Below are positions 39,501 to 52,335 of a stretch of DNA of 64,000 bases, in pieces. The DNA comes from the human T2T-CHM13v2.0 reference genome, Homo sapiens: NCBI RefSeq assembly GCF_009914755.1, contig NC_060948.1; one strand, written 5' to 3'. The notes beneath the pieces are model-generated. The model ran no database searches. It was not told where the DNA came from and saw only the letters and a program-made list of their open reading frames with translations. Each line of letters opens with the position of its first letter. Position 1 is the first letter of the stretch. Both the position numbers and the translations under genes were made by a program.

Positions 39501-42500
39501 TCCAATGGATTGGAGTGGATTGGATTGGAATGGAATGGAATAGATTGGATTGGAGTGGTGCAGAGTGGAGTGGACTGGAGTGCAGAGGAATGGAGTGGAG
39601 TGAAGTCCAGTTGAGTGGAATGGAATGGAGTGGAGCAGAGTGGAATTCAAAAGAATGAAGTGGATTGGTATGGAATGGAATGGCGTGGAATGGCGTGGAA
39701 TAGAATGGAATGGAATCGCATGGAATGATATGAAATCAAATCGAATTGAACGGAAAATTATGAATCCAATGGAATCGAAAGGATTCTAAAGGAATGGATT
39801 CGAAAGGCATTGAATGGAATGGAAAGGAATGCAGTGAAGTGGAGTGGAGTGGAGTGGAATGTTTTAGAGTGAACTGGGGTGGATTGGAACTCTATGGCGG
39901 GGAGTGGAGTGAAGTGGATTGGAGTGGAATGGAGCGCAATGGACTGGAGTGGAGTGGAATGGATTGGAGTGGAGTGGAGTGCATCGGAGTGGAGTGCTGT
40001 GGAGTGGACTAGAGTGGGGTGGAGTGGAGTGCATTGGAGTGGAATGGAACGGAGTGGGGTGGAATGGAATGGAATGGAATCAAATCGCATGGTAATGAAT
40101 CAAATGGAATCAAATCGAATGGAAATAATGGAATCGAAGGGAAACGAATGGAATCGAATTGCACTGATTCTACTGACTTCGAGGAAAATGAAATGAAATG
40201 CGGTGAAGTGGAATGGAGGGAATGTATTAGGGTGGAATGGAATTGAATGGTGTGGAGTGGAGTGGAGTGCCCAGGAGTGGAATGGGAAGAAATGGAATTG
40301 AACGGAGTGGAGTGGAGTGGAATGGGGGATAATGGAGTGGAGTAGAGTGGAGTGGAGTAGAGTGGAATGGGTTGGAGTGTAATGCAGAGTACAGGAGTGG
40401 AGTGCGGTGGACTGGAGTGGAGTGGAGTTGAGTGGAGTGGATTGGATTGAAATAGAGCGGAGCAGAGTGGAATGGAATTGAATCACATGGTATTGAATCA
40501 AATCGAATGGAATTAAATCGAATGAAAAAATGGAATCAAAAGCAAACGAATGGAGTCAAACATCATTGGTTAAACTGACATCGAAAAATATCAAATGAAA
40601 TGTGGTGAAGTGGAGTGGAGTGTAATGAAATGGGGTGGAATGAAATTGAATGGAGTGGAGTGGATTGGAGTCTACTGCAGTGGAATGGAACGGAATGCAA
40701 AGGAATGGAATAGAATGCAGTGAAGTGCAGTGCAGTGAAATGGAGTGGAAAGGAATGGAATGGAATGGAAAGGAATGGAATGGAATGGAATGGAACGGAA
40801 TCAAATGGTATCGAAGTGAATCGAATCTAATGAAATTGATCGGAAAAAATGGAATGGAGTCGAATCGAATAAGATGGATTCAAAGGCAACAAATAGAATT
40901 GAATGGAATGCGGTGAGGTTGAGGGCATTGGAATGCAGTTGAATGGAATGGGGTATAATTGAATTGAATGGAGTGGAGTGGATTGTAGTGGACTGGAGTG
41001 GAATGGAAAGGAATGGGCAGGAATGGAATTGAAATGGGTGAATTGGAATTGAGTGCTGTGGATTGGAGTAGACTGCATTCTAGTGGATTGGAGTGGAAAG
41101 AAGTGGAGTGGAATGGAATGGAATGCAATGGAGTGGAGTGGAATGGAATGGAGTGGAGTAGAATGGAATTTAATGGAGTGGAGTGGAATTGAGTGGAATG
41201 GAGAGTAATGGAGTGGAGTGGACTGGAGCGAAGTGGAGTGTAGTGCATTGGACTGTAGGGGATTGAAGTGGCTTGGAGTGCAATGGAGTGGAGTGGAATG
41301 GAATGTAATGGAATTTAATGGAATGGAATGGAATGTAGTGAAAAGGAATCGAATCACATGGAACTGAATCAAATCGAATTGAATGAAATTGAATGGAAAA
41401 AATGGAATGAAATGGAATCAAATCGAATGGATTCGAATGACATTGAATGGAATCGAAAGGAATGCAGTGAGGTGGAGTTGAGTGGAGTGGAGTGGAATGG
41501 AATGGGATGAATGGAATTGACTGGAGAGGAGTGGAATGGAATGGAATGGAAAGGAATGGAATTGAACGAAATGGAGTGTAGTAGAATGTAGTGGATTGGA
41601 GTGGAGTGCAGGGGAGTGCAGTGGAATGAAGAGGAGTGTAGTTGAATGGAATGGAATGGTATGGAACGTACTGGAATGGAATGGATAAGAATGGAATGGA
41701 ATGGAATCGCATGGAATTGAATAGAATGAAATCGAATTGAATAGAATCAAATGGAAAAAATGGAGGCAAATGGAATCGAATGTCATAGAATCGAACGGTT
41801 TTGAATGTCAGTGAATGGAAACGAATGGAATGCGATGAAGTGGAGCGGAGTGGAGTGGAAAGGAGTGCAATGGAATAGGGTGGAACAGAATTTAATGGAA
41901 CAGAGTGGATTGGAGTGGACTGGAGTGGAATGGAAAGGGAAGGAATGGGATTGAAAGGAGTGGCGTGCAGTGGAGTGGAGTGGCATGGAGTGGAGTGGAG
42001 TGGAATGGAGTGGAATGGAATGGAGTGGAATGGAGTGGATTGGAATGGAATGGAGTGCAGAGGAATGGAATGGAATGGTATAGAGTGGACAGGAATGGAG
42101 TGGAGTGGATTGGAATGGAATGGAATGTAAGGGAATGGAACTGAATGGACTGGAATGGAATGGAATAGAATGGAATCACAGGGAATCAAATTGGATTGAA
42201 TCGAATCGAATGGAGAAAATGAAATCAAATGAAATTGAATGGAATCGAATTGAAAGTAAACAATGGAATCCAATGGAGTCAAATGGAATCGAATCAAATG
42301 GTTTTGAATGGCATCAAATGAAATGGCATGGAAGGCAGTAAATTGGAGTGGAGTGGAATAGAGAGGAATGAATTGGAATGGAGTGTAGTGGAATGGAGTG
42401 GATTGGATTGGAATGGAATGGAATAGATTGGATTGGAGTGGTGCAGAGTGGAGTGGACTGGAGTGCAGAGGAATGGAGTGGAGTGAAGTCCAGTTGAGTG

Positions 42501-45500
42501 GAATGGAATGGAGTGGAGCAGAGTGGAATTCAAAAGAATGAAGTGGATTGGTATGGAATGGAGTGGCGTGGAATAGAAAGGAAGGGAATCGCATGGAATG
42601 ATATGAAATCAAATTGAATTGAACGGAAAATTATGAATCCAATGGAATCGAAAGGATTCTAAAGGAATGGATTCGAAAGGCATTGAATGGAATGGAAAGG
42701 AATGCAGTGAAGTGGAGTGGAGTGGAGTGGAATGTTTTAGAGTGAACTGGGGTGGATTGGAACTCTATGGCGGGGAGTGGAGTGAAGTGGATTGGAGTGG
42801 AATGGAGTGCAATGGACTGGAGTGGAGTGGAATGGATTGGAGTGGAGTGCAGTGGATCGGAGTGGAGTGCTGTGGAGTGGACTAGAGTGGGGTGGAGTGG
42901 AGTGCATTGGAGTGGAATGGAACGGAGTGGGGTGGAATGGAATGGAATGGAATCAAATCGCATGGTAATGAATCAAATGGAATCAAATCGAATGGAAATA
43001 ATGGAATCGAAGGGAAACGAATGGAATCGAATTGCACTGATTCTACTGACTTCGAGGAAAATGAAATGAAATGCGGTGAAGTGGAATGGAGGGAATGTAT
43101 TAGGGTGGAATGGAATTGAATGGTGTGGAGTGGAGTGGAGTGCCCAGGAGTGGAATGGGAAGAAATGGAATTGAACGGAGTGGAGTGGAGTGGAATGGGG
43201 GATAATGGAGTGGATTAGAGTGGAGTGGAGTAGAGTGGAATGGGTTGGAGTGTAATGCAGAGTACAGGAGTGGAGTGCGGTGGACTGGAGTGGAGTGGAG
43301 TTGAGTGGAGTGGATTGGATTGAAATAGAGCGGAGCAGAGTGGAATGGAATTGAATCACATGGTATTGAATCAAATCGAATGGAATTAAATCGAATGAAA
43401 AAATGGAATCAAAAGCAACCGAATGGAGTCAAACCTCATTGGTTAAACTGACATCGAAAAATATCAAATGAAATGTGGTGAAGTGGAGTGGAGTGTAATG
43501 AAATGGGGTGGAATGAAATTGAATGGAGTGGAGTGTATTGGAGTCTACTGGAGTGGAATGGAACGGAATGCAAAGGAATGGAATAGAATGCAGTGAAGTG
43601 CAGTGCAGTGAAATGGAGTGGAAAGGAATGGAATGGAATGGAATGGAACGGAATCAAATGGTATCGAAGTGAATCGAATCTAATGAAATTGATCGGAAAA
43701 AATGGAATGGAGTAGAATCGAATAAGATGGATTCAAAGGCAACAAATAGAATTGAATGGAATGCGGTGAGGTGGAGGGCATTGGAATGGAGTTTAATGGA
43801 ATGGGGTATAATTGAATTGAATGGAGTGGAGTGGATTGTAGTGGACTGGAGTGGAATGGAACGGAATGGGCAGGAATGGAATTGAAAGGGTTGAATTGGA
43901 ATTGAGTGCTGTGGATTGGAGTAGACTGCATTCTAGTGGATTGGAGTGGAAAGAAGTGGAGTGGAATGGAATGGAATGCAATGGAGTGGAGTGGAATGGA
44001 ATGGAGTGGAGTAGAATGGAATTTAATGGAGTGGAGTGGAATTGAGTGGAATGGAGAGTAATGGAGTGGAGTGGACTGGAGCGAAGTGGAGTGTAGTGCA
44101 TTGGACTGTAGGGGATTGAAGTGGCTTGGAGTGCAATGGAGTGGAGTGGAATGGAATGTAATGGAATGGAATGGAATGGAATGGAATGGAGTGGAATGGA
44201 ATCGAATCACATGGAACTGAATCAAATCGAATTGAATGAAATTGAATGGAAAAAATGGAATGAAATGGAATCAAATCGAATGGATTCGAATGACATTGAA
44301 TGGAATCGAAAGGAATGCAGTGAGGTGGAGTTGAGTGGTGTGCAGTGGAATGGAATGGGATGAATGGAATTGACTGGAGAGGAGTGGAATGGAATGGAAT
44401 GGAAAGGAATGGAATTGAACGAAATGGAGTGTAGTAGAATGTAGTGGATTGGAGTGGAGTGCAGGGGAGTGCAGTGGAATGAAGAGGAGTGTAGTTGAAT
44501 GGAATGGAATGGTATGGAACGTACTGGAATGGAATGGATAAGAATGGAATGGAATGGAATCGCATGGAATTGAATAGAATGAAATCGAATTGAATAGAAT
44601 CAAATGGAAAAAATGGAGGCAAATGGAATCGAATGTCATAGAATCGAACGGTTTTAATGTCAGTGAATGGAAACGAATGGAATGCGATGAAGTGGAGCGG
44701 AGTGGAGTGGAAAGGAGTGCAATGGAATAGGGTGGAACAGAATTTAATGGAACAGAGTGGATTGGAGTGGACTGGAGTGGAATGGAAAGGGAAGGAATGG
44801 GATTGAAAGGAGTGGCGTGCAGTGGAGTGGAGTGGCATGGAGTGGAGTGGAGTGGAATGGAGTGGAATGGAATGGAGTGGAATGGAGTGGATTGGAATGG
44901 AATGGAGTGCAGAGGAATGGAATGGAATAGTATAGAGTGGACAGGAATGGAGTGGAGTGGATTGGAATGGAATGGAATGTAAGGGAATGGAACTGAATGG
45001 ACTGGAATGGAATGGAATAGAATGGAATCGCAGGGAATCAAATTGGATTGAATCGAATCGAATGGAGAAAATGAAATCAAATGAAATTGAATGGAATCGA
45101 ATTGAATGTAAACAATGGAATCCAATGGAGTCAAATGGAATCGAATCAAATGGTTTTGAATGGCATCAAATGAAATGGCATGGAAGGCAGTGAATTGGAG
45201 TGGAGTGGAATAGAGAGGAATGAATTGGAATGGAGTGTAGTGGAATGTAGTGGATTCCAATGGATTGGAGTGGATTGGATTGGAATGGAATGGAATAGAT
45301 TGGATTGGAGTGGTGCAGAGTGGAGTGGACTGGAGTGCAGAGGAATGGAGTGGAGTGAAGTCCAGTTGAGTGGAATGGAATGGAGTGGAGCAGAGTGGAA
45401 TTCAAAAGAATGAAGTGGATTGGTATGGAATGGAATGGCGTGGAATGGCGTGGAATAGAATGGAATGGAATCGCATGGAATGATATGAAATCAAATCGAA

Positions 45501-48500
45501 TTGAACGGAAAATTATGAATCCAATGGAATCGAAAGGATTCTAAAGGAATGGATTCGAAAGGCATTGAATGGAATGGAAAGGAATGCAGTGAAGTGGAGT
45601 GGAGTGGAGTGGAATGTTTTAGAGTGAACTGGGGTGGATTGGAACTCTATGGCGGGGAGTGGAGTGAAGTGGATTGGAGTGGAATGGAGTGCAATGGACT
45701 GGAGCGGAGTGGAATGGATTGGAGTGGAGTGGAGTGGATCGGAGTGGAGTGCTGTGGAGTGGACTAGAGTGGGGTGGAGTGGAGTGCATTGGAGTGGAAT
45801 GGAACGGAGTGGGGTGGAATGGAATGGAATGGCATCAAATCGCATGGTAATGAATCAAATGGAATCAAATCGAATGGAAATAATGGAATCGAAGGGAAAC
45901 GAATGGAATCGAATTGCACTGATTCTACTGACTTCGAGGAAAATGAAATGAAATGCGGTGAAGTGGAATGGAGGGAATGTATTAGAGTGGAATGGAATTG
46001 AATGGTGTGGAGTGGAGTGCCCAGGAGTGGAATGGGAAGAAAAGGAATTGAACGGAGTGGAGTGGAGTGGAATGGGGGATAATGGAGTGGAGTAGAGTGG
46101 AGTGGAGTAGAGTGGAATGGGTTGGAGTGTAATGCAGAGTACAGGAGTGGAGTGCGGTGGACTGGAGTGGAGTGGAGTTGAGTGGAGTGGATTGGATTGA
46201 AATAGAGCGGAGCAGAGTGGAATGGAATTGAATCACATGGTATTGAATCAAATCGAATGGAATTAAATCGAATGAAAAAATGGAATCAAAAGCAAACGAA
46301 TGGAGTCAAACCTCATTGGTTAAACTGACATCGAAAAATATCAAATGAAATGTGGTGAAGTGGAGTGGAGTGTAATGAAATGGGGTGGAATGAAATTGAA
46401 TGGAGTGGAGTGGATTGGAGTCTACTGGAGTGGAATGGAACGGAATGCAAAGGAATGGAATAGAATGCAGTGAAGTGCAGTGCAGTGAAGTGGAGTGGAA
46501 AGGAATGGAATGGAATGGAATGGAATGGAATGGAATGGAACGGAATCAAATGGTATCGAAGTGAATCGAATCTAATGAAATTGATCGGAAAAAATGGAAT
46601 GAAGTAGAATCGAATAAGATGGATTCAAAGGCAACAAATAGAATTGAATGGAATGCGGTGAGGTGGAGGGCATTGGAATGGAGTTGAATGGAATGGGGTA
46701 TAATTGAATTGAATGGAGTGGAGTGGATTGTAGTGGACTGGAGTGGAATGGAACGGAATGGGCAGGAATGGAATTGAAAGGGTTGAATTGGAATTGAGTG
46801 CTGTGGATTGGAGTAGACTGCATTCTAGTGGATTGCAGTGGAAAGAAGTGGAGTGGAATGGAATGGAATGCAATGGAGTGGAGTGGAATGGAATGGAGTG
46901 GAGTAGAATGGAATTTAATGGAGTGGAGTGGAATTGAGTGGAATGGAGAGTAATGGAGTGGAGTGGACTGGAGCGAAGTGGAGTGTAGTGCATTGGACTG
47001 TAGGGGATTGAAGTGGCTTGGAGTGCAATGGAGTGGAGTGGAATGGAATGTAATGTAATGGAATGGAATGGAATGGAATGGAGTGGAATGGAATCGAATC
47101 ACATGGAACTGAATCAAATCGAATTGAATGAAATTGAATGGAAAAAATGGAATGAAATGGAATCAAATCGAATGGATTCGAATGACATTGAATGGAATCG
47201 AAAGGAATGCAGTGAGGTGGAGTTGAGTGGTGTGCAGTGGAATGGAATGGGATGAATGGAATTGACTGGAGAGGAGTGGAATGGAATGGAATGGAAAGGA
47301 ATGGAATTGAACGAAATGGAGTGTAGTAGAATGTAGTGGATTGGAGTGGAGTGCAGGGGAGTGCAGTGGAATGAAGAGGAGTGTAGTTGAATGGAATGGA
47401 ATGGTATGGAACGTACTGGAATGGAATGGATAAGAATGGAATGGAATGGAATCGCATGGAATTGAATAGAATGAAATCGAATTGAATAGAATCAAATGGA
47501 AAAAATGGAGGCAAATGGAATCGAATGTCATAGAATCGAACGGTTTTAATGTCAGTGAATGGAAACGAATGGAATGCGATGAAGTGGAGCGGAGTGGAGT
47601 GGAAAGGAGTGCAATGGAATAGGGTGGAACAGAATTTAATGGAACAGAGTGGATTGGAGTGGACTGGAGTGGAATGGAAAGGGAAGGAATGGGATTGAAA
47701 GGAGTGGCGTGCAGTGGAGTGGAGTGGCATGGAGTGGAGTGGAGTGGAATGGAGTGGAATGGAATGGAGTGGAATGGAGTGGACTGGAATGGAATGGAGT
47801 GCAGAGGAATGGAATGGAATAGTATAGAGTGGACAGGAATGGAGTGGAGTGGATTGGAATGGAATGGAATGTAAGGGAATGGAACTGAATGGACTGGAAT
47901 GGAATGGAATAGAATGGAATCGCAGGGAATCAAATTGGATTGAATCGAATCGAATGGAGAAAATGAAATCAAATGAAATTGAATGGAATCGAATTGAATG
48001 TAAACAATGGAATCCAATGGAGTCAAATGGAATCGAATCAAATGGTTTTGAATGGCATCAAATGAAATGGCATGGAAGGCAGTGAATTGGAGTGGAGTGG
48101 AATAGAGAGGAATGAATTGGAATGGAGTGTAGTGGAATGGAGTGGATTCCAATGGATTGGAGTGGATTGGATTGGAATGGAATGGAATAGATTGGATTGG
48201 AGTGGTGCAGAGTGGAGTGGACTGGAGTGCAGAGGAATGGAGTGGAGTGAAGTCCAGTTGAGTGGAATGGAATGGAGTGGAGCAGAGTGGAATTCAAAAG
48301 AATGAAGTGGATTGGTATGGAATGGAATGGCGTGGAATGGCGTGGAATAGAATGGAATGGAATCGCATGGAATGATATGAAATCAAATCGAATTGAACGG
48401 AAAATTATGAATCCAATGGAATCGAAAGGATTCTAAAGGAATGGATTCGAAAGGCATTGAATGGAATGGAAAGGAATGCAGTGAAGTGGAGTGGAGTGGA

Positions 48501-51500
48501 GTGGAATGTTTTAGAGTGAACTGGGGTGGATTGGAACTCTATGGCGGGGAGTGGAGTGAAGTGGATTGGAGTGGAATGGAGTGCAATGGACTGGAGCGGA
48601 GTGGAATGGATTGGAGTGGAGTGGAGTGGATCGGAGTGGAGTGCTGTGGAGTGGACTAGAGTGGGGTGGAGTGGAGTGCATTGGAGTGGAATGGAACGGA
48701 GTGGGGTGGAATGGAATGGAATGGAATCAAATCGCATGGTAATGAATCAAATGGAATCAAATCGAATGGAAATAATGGAATCGAAGGGAAACGAATGGAA
48801 TCGAATTGCACTGATTCTACTGACTTCGAGGAAAATGAAATGAAATGCGGTGAAGTGGAATGGAGGGAATGTATTAGGGTGGAATGGAATTGAATGGTGT
48901 GGAGTGGAGTGCCCAGGAGTGGAATGGGAAGAAAAGGAATTGAACGGAGTGGAGTGGAGTGGAATGGGGGATAATGGAGTGGAGTAGAGTGGAGTGGAGT
49001 AGAGTGGAATGGGTTGGAGTGTAATGCAGAGTACAGGAGTGGAGTGCGGTGGACTGGAGTGGAGTGGAGTTGAGTGGAGTGGATTGGATTGAAATAGAGC
49101 GGAGCAGAGTGGAATGGAATTGAATCACATGGTATTGAATCAAATCGAATGGAATTAAATCGAATGAAAAAATGGAATCAAAAGCAAACGAATGGAGTCA
49201 AACCTCATTGGTTAAACTGACATCGAAAAATATCAAATGAAATGTGGTGAAGTGGAGTGGAGTGTAATGAAATGGGGTGGAATGAAATTGAATGGAGTGG
49301 AGTGGATTGGAGTCTACTGGAGTGGAATGGAACGGAATGCAAAGGAATGGAATAGAATGCAGTGAAGTGCAGTGCAGTGAAGTGGAGTGGAAAGGAATGG
49401 AATGGAATGGAATGGAATGGAATGGAATGGAACGGAATCAAATGGTATCGAAGTGAATCGAATCTAATGAAATTGATCGGAAAAAATGGAATGGAGTAGA
49501 ATCGAATAAGATGGATTCAAAGGCAACAAATAGAATTGAATGGAATGCGGTGAGGTGGAGGGCATTGGAATGGAGTTGAATGGAATGGGGTATAATTGAA
49601 TTGAATGGAGTGGAGTGGATTGTAGTGGACTGGAGTGGAATGGAACGGAATGGGCAGGAATGGAATTGAAAGGGTTGAATTGGAATTGAGTGCTGTGGAT
49701 TGGAGTAGACTGCATTCTAGTGGATTGGAGTGGAAAGAAGTGGAGTGGAATGGAATGGAATGCAATGGAGTGGAGTGGAATGGAATGGAGTGGAGTAGAA
49801 TGGAATTTAATGGAGTGGAGTGGAATTGAGTGGAATGGAGAGTAATGGAGTGGAGTGGACTGGAGCGAAGTGGAGTGTAGTGCATTGGACTGTAGGGGAT
49901 TGAAGTGGCTTGGAGTGCAATGGAGTGGAGTGGAATGGAATGTAATGGAATGGAATGGAATGGAGTGGAATGGAATCGAATCACATGGAACTGAATCAAA
50001 TCGAATTGAATGAAATTGAATGGAAAAATGGAATGAAATGGAATCAAATCGAATGGATTCGAATGACATTGAATGGAATCGAAAGGAATGCAGTGAGGTG
50101 GAGTTGAGTGGAGTGGAGTGGAATGGAATGGGATGAATGGAATTGACTGGAGAGGAGTGGAATGGAATGGAATGGAAAGGAATGGAATTGAACGAAATGG
50201 AGTGTAGTAGAATGTAGTGGATTGGAGTGGAGTGCAGGGGAGTGCAGTGGAATGAAGAGGAGTGTAGTTGAATGGAATGGAATGGTATGGAACGTACTGG
50301 AATGGAATGGATAAGAATGGAATGGAATGGAATCGCATGGAATTGAATAGAATGAAATCGAATTGAATAGAATCAAAAGGAAAAAATGGAGGCAAATGGA
50401 ATCGAATGTCATAGAATCGAACGGTTTTGAATGTCAGTGAAAGGAAACGAATGGAATGCGATGAAGTGGAGCGGAGTGGAGTGGAAAGGAGTGCAATGGA
50501 ATAGGGTGGAACAGAATTTAATGGAACAGAGTGGATTGGAGTGGACTGGAGTGGAATGGAAAGGGAAGGAATGGGATTGAAAGGAGTGGCGTGCAGTGGA
50601 GTGGAGTGGCATGGAGTGGAGTGGAGTGGAATGGAGTGGAATGGAATGGAGTGGAATGGAGTGGATTGGAATGGAATGGAGTGCAGAGGAATGGAATGGA
50701 ATGGTATAGAGTGGACAGGAATGGAGTGGAGTGGATTGGAATGGAATGGAATGTAAGGGAATGGAACTGAATGGACTGGAATGGAATGGAGTAGAATGGA
50801 ATCGCAGGGAATCAAATTGGATTGAATCGAATCGAATGGAGAAAATGAAATCAAATGAAATTGAATGGAATCGAATTGAATGTAAACAATGGAATCCAAT
50901 GGAGTCAAATGGAATCGAATCAAATGGTTTTGAATGGCATCAAATGAAATGGCATGGAAGGCAGTGAATTGGACTGGAGTGGAATAGAGAGGAATGAATT
51001 GGAATGGAGTGTAGTGGAATGGAGTGGATTGGATTGGAATGGAATGGAATAGATTGGATTGGAGTGGTGCAGAGTGGAGTGGACTGGAGTGCAGAGGAAT
51101 GGAGTGGAGTGAAGTCCAGTTGAGTGGAATGGAATGGAGTGGAGCAGAGTGGAATTCAAAAGAATGAAGTGGATTGGTATGGAATGGAATGGCGTGGAAT
51201 GGCGTGGAATAGAATGGAATGGAATCACATGGAATGATATGAAATCAAATCGAATTGAACGGAAAATTATGAATCCAATGGAATCGAAAGGATTCTAAAG
51301 GAATGGATTCGAAAGGCATTGAATGGAATGGAAAGGAATGCAGTGAAGTGGAGTGGAGTGGAGTGGAATGTTTTAGAGTGAACTGGGGTGGATTGGAACT
51401 CTATGGCGGGGAGTGGAGTGAAGTGGATTGGAGTGGAATGGAGCGCAATGGACTGGAGTGGAGTGGAATGGATTGGAGTGGAGTGGAGTGCATCGGAGTG

Positions 51501-52335
51501 GAGTGCTGTGGAGTGGACTAGAGTGGGGTGGAGTGGAGTGCATTGGAGTGGAATGGAACGGAGTGGGGTGGAATGGAATGGAATGGAATCAAATCGCATG
51601 GTAATGAATCAAATGGAATCAAATCGAATGGAAATAATGGAATCGAAGGGAAACGAATGGAATCGAATTGCACTGATTCTACTGACTTCGAGGAAAATGA
51701 AATGAAATGCGGTGAAGTGGAATGGAGGGAATGTATTAGGGTGGAATGGAATTGAATGGTGTGGAGTGGAGTGGAGTGCCCAGGAGTGGAATGGGAAGAA
51801 ATGGAATTGAACGGAGTGGAGTGGAGTGGAATGGGGGATAATGGAGTGGAGTAGAGTGGAGTGGAGTAGAGTGGAATGGGTTGGAGTGTAATGCAGAGTA
51901 CAGGAGTGGAGTGCGGTGGACTGGAGTGGAGTGGAGTTGAGTGGAGTGGATTGGATTGAAATAGAGCGGAGCAGAGTGGAATGGAATTGAATCACATGGT
52001 ATTGAATCAAATCGAATGGAATTAAATCGAATGAAAAAATGGAATCAAAAGCAAACGAATGGAGTCAAACCTCATTGGTTAAACTGACATCGAAAAATAT
52101 CAAATGAAATGTGGTGAAGTGGAGTGGAGTGTAATGAAATGGGGTGGAATGAAATTGAATGGAGTGGAGTGGATTGGAGTCTACTGGAGTGGAATGGAAC
52201 GGAATGCAAAGGAATGGAATAGAATGCAGTGAAGTGCAGTGCAGTGAAGTGGAGTGGAAAGGAATGGAATGGAATGGAATGGAATGGAATGGAATGGAAT
52301 GGAACGGAATCAAATGGTATCGAAGTGAATCGAAT

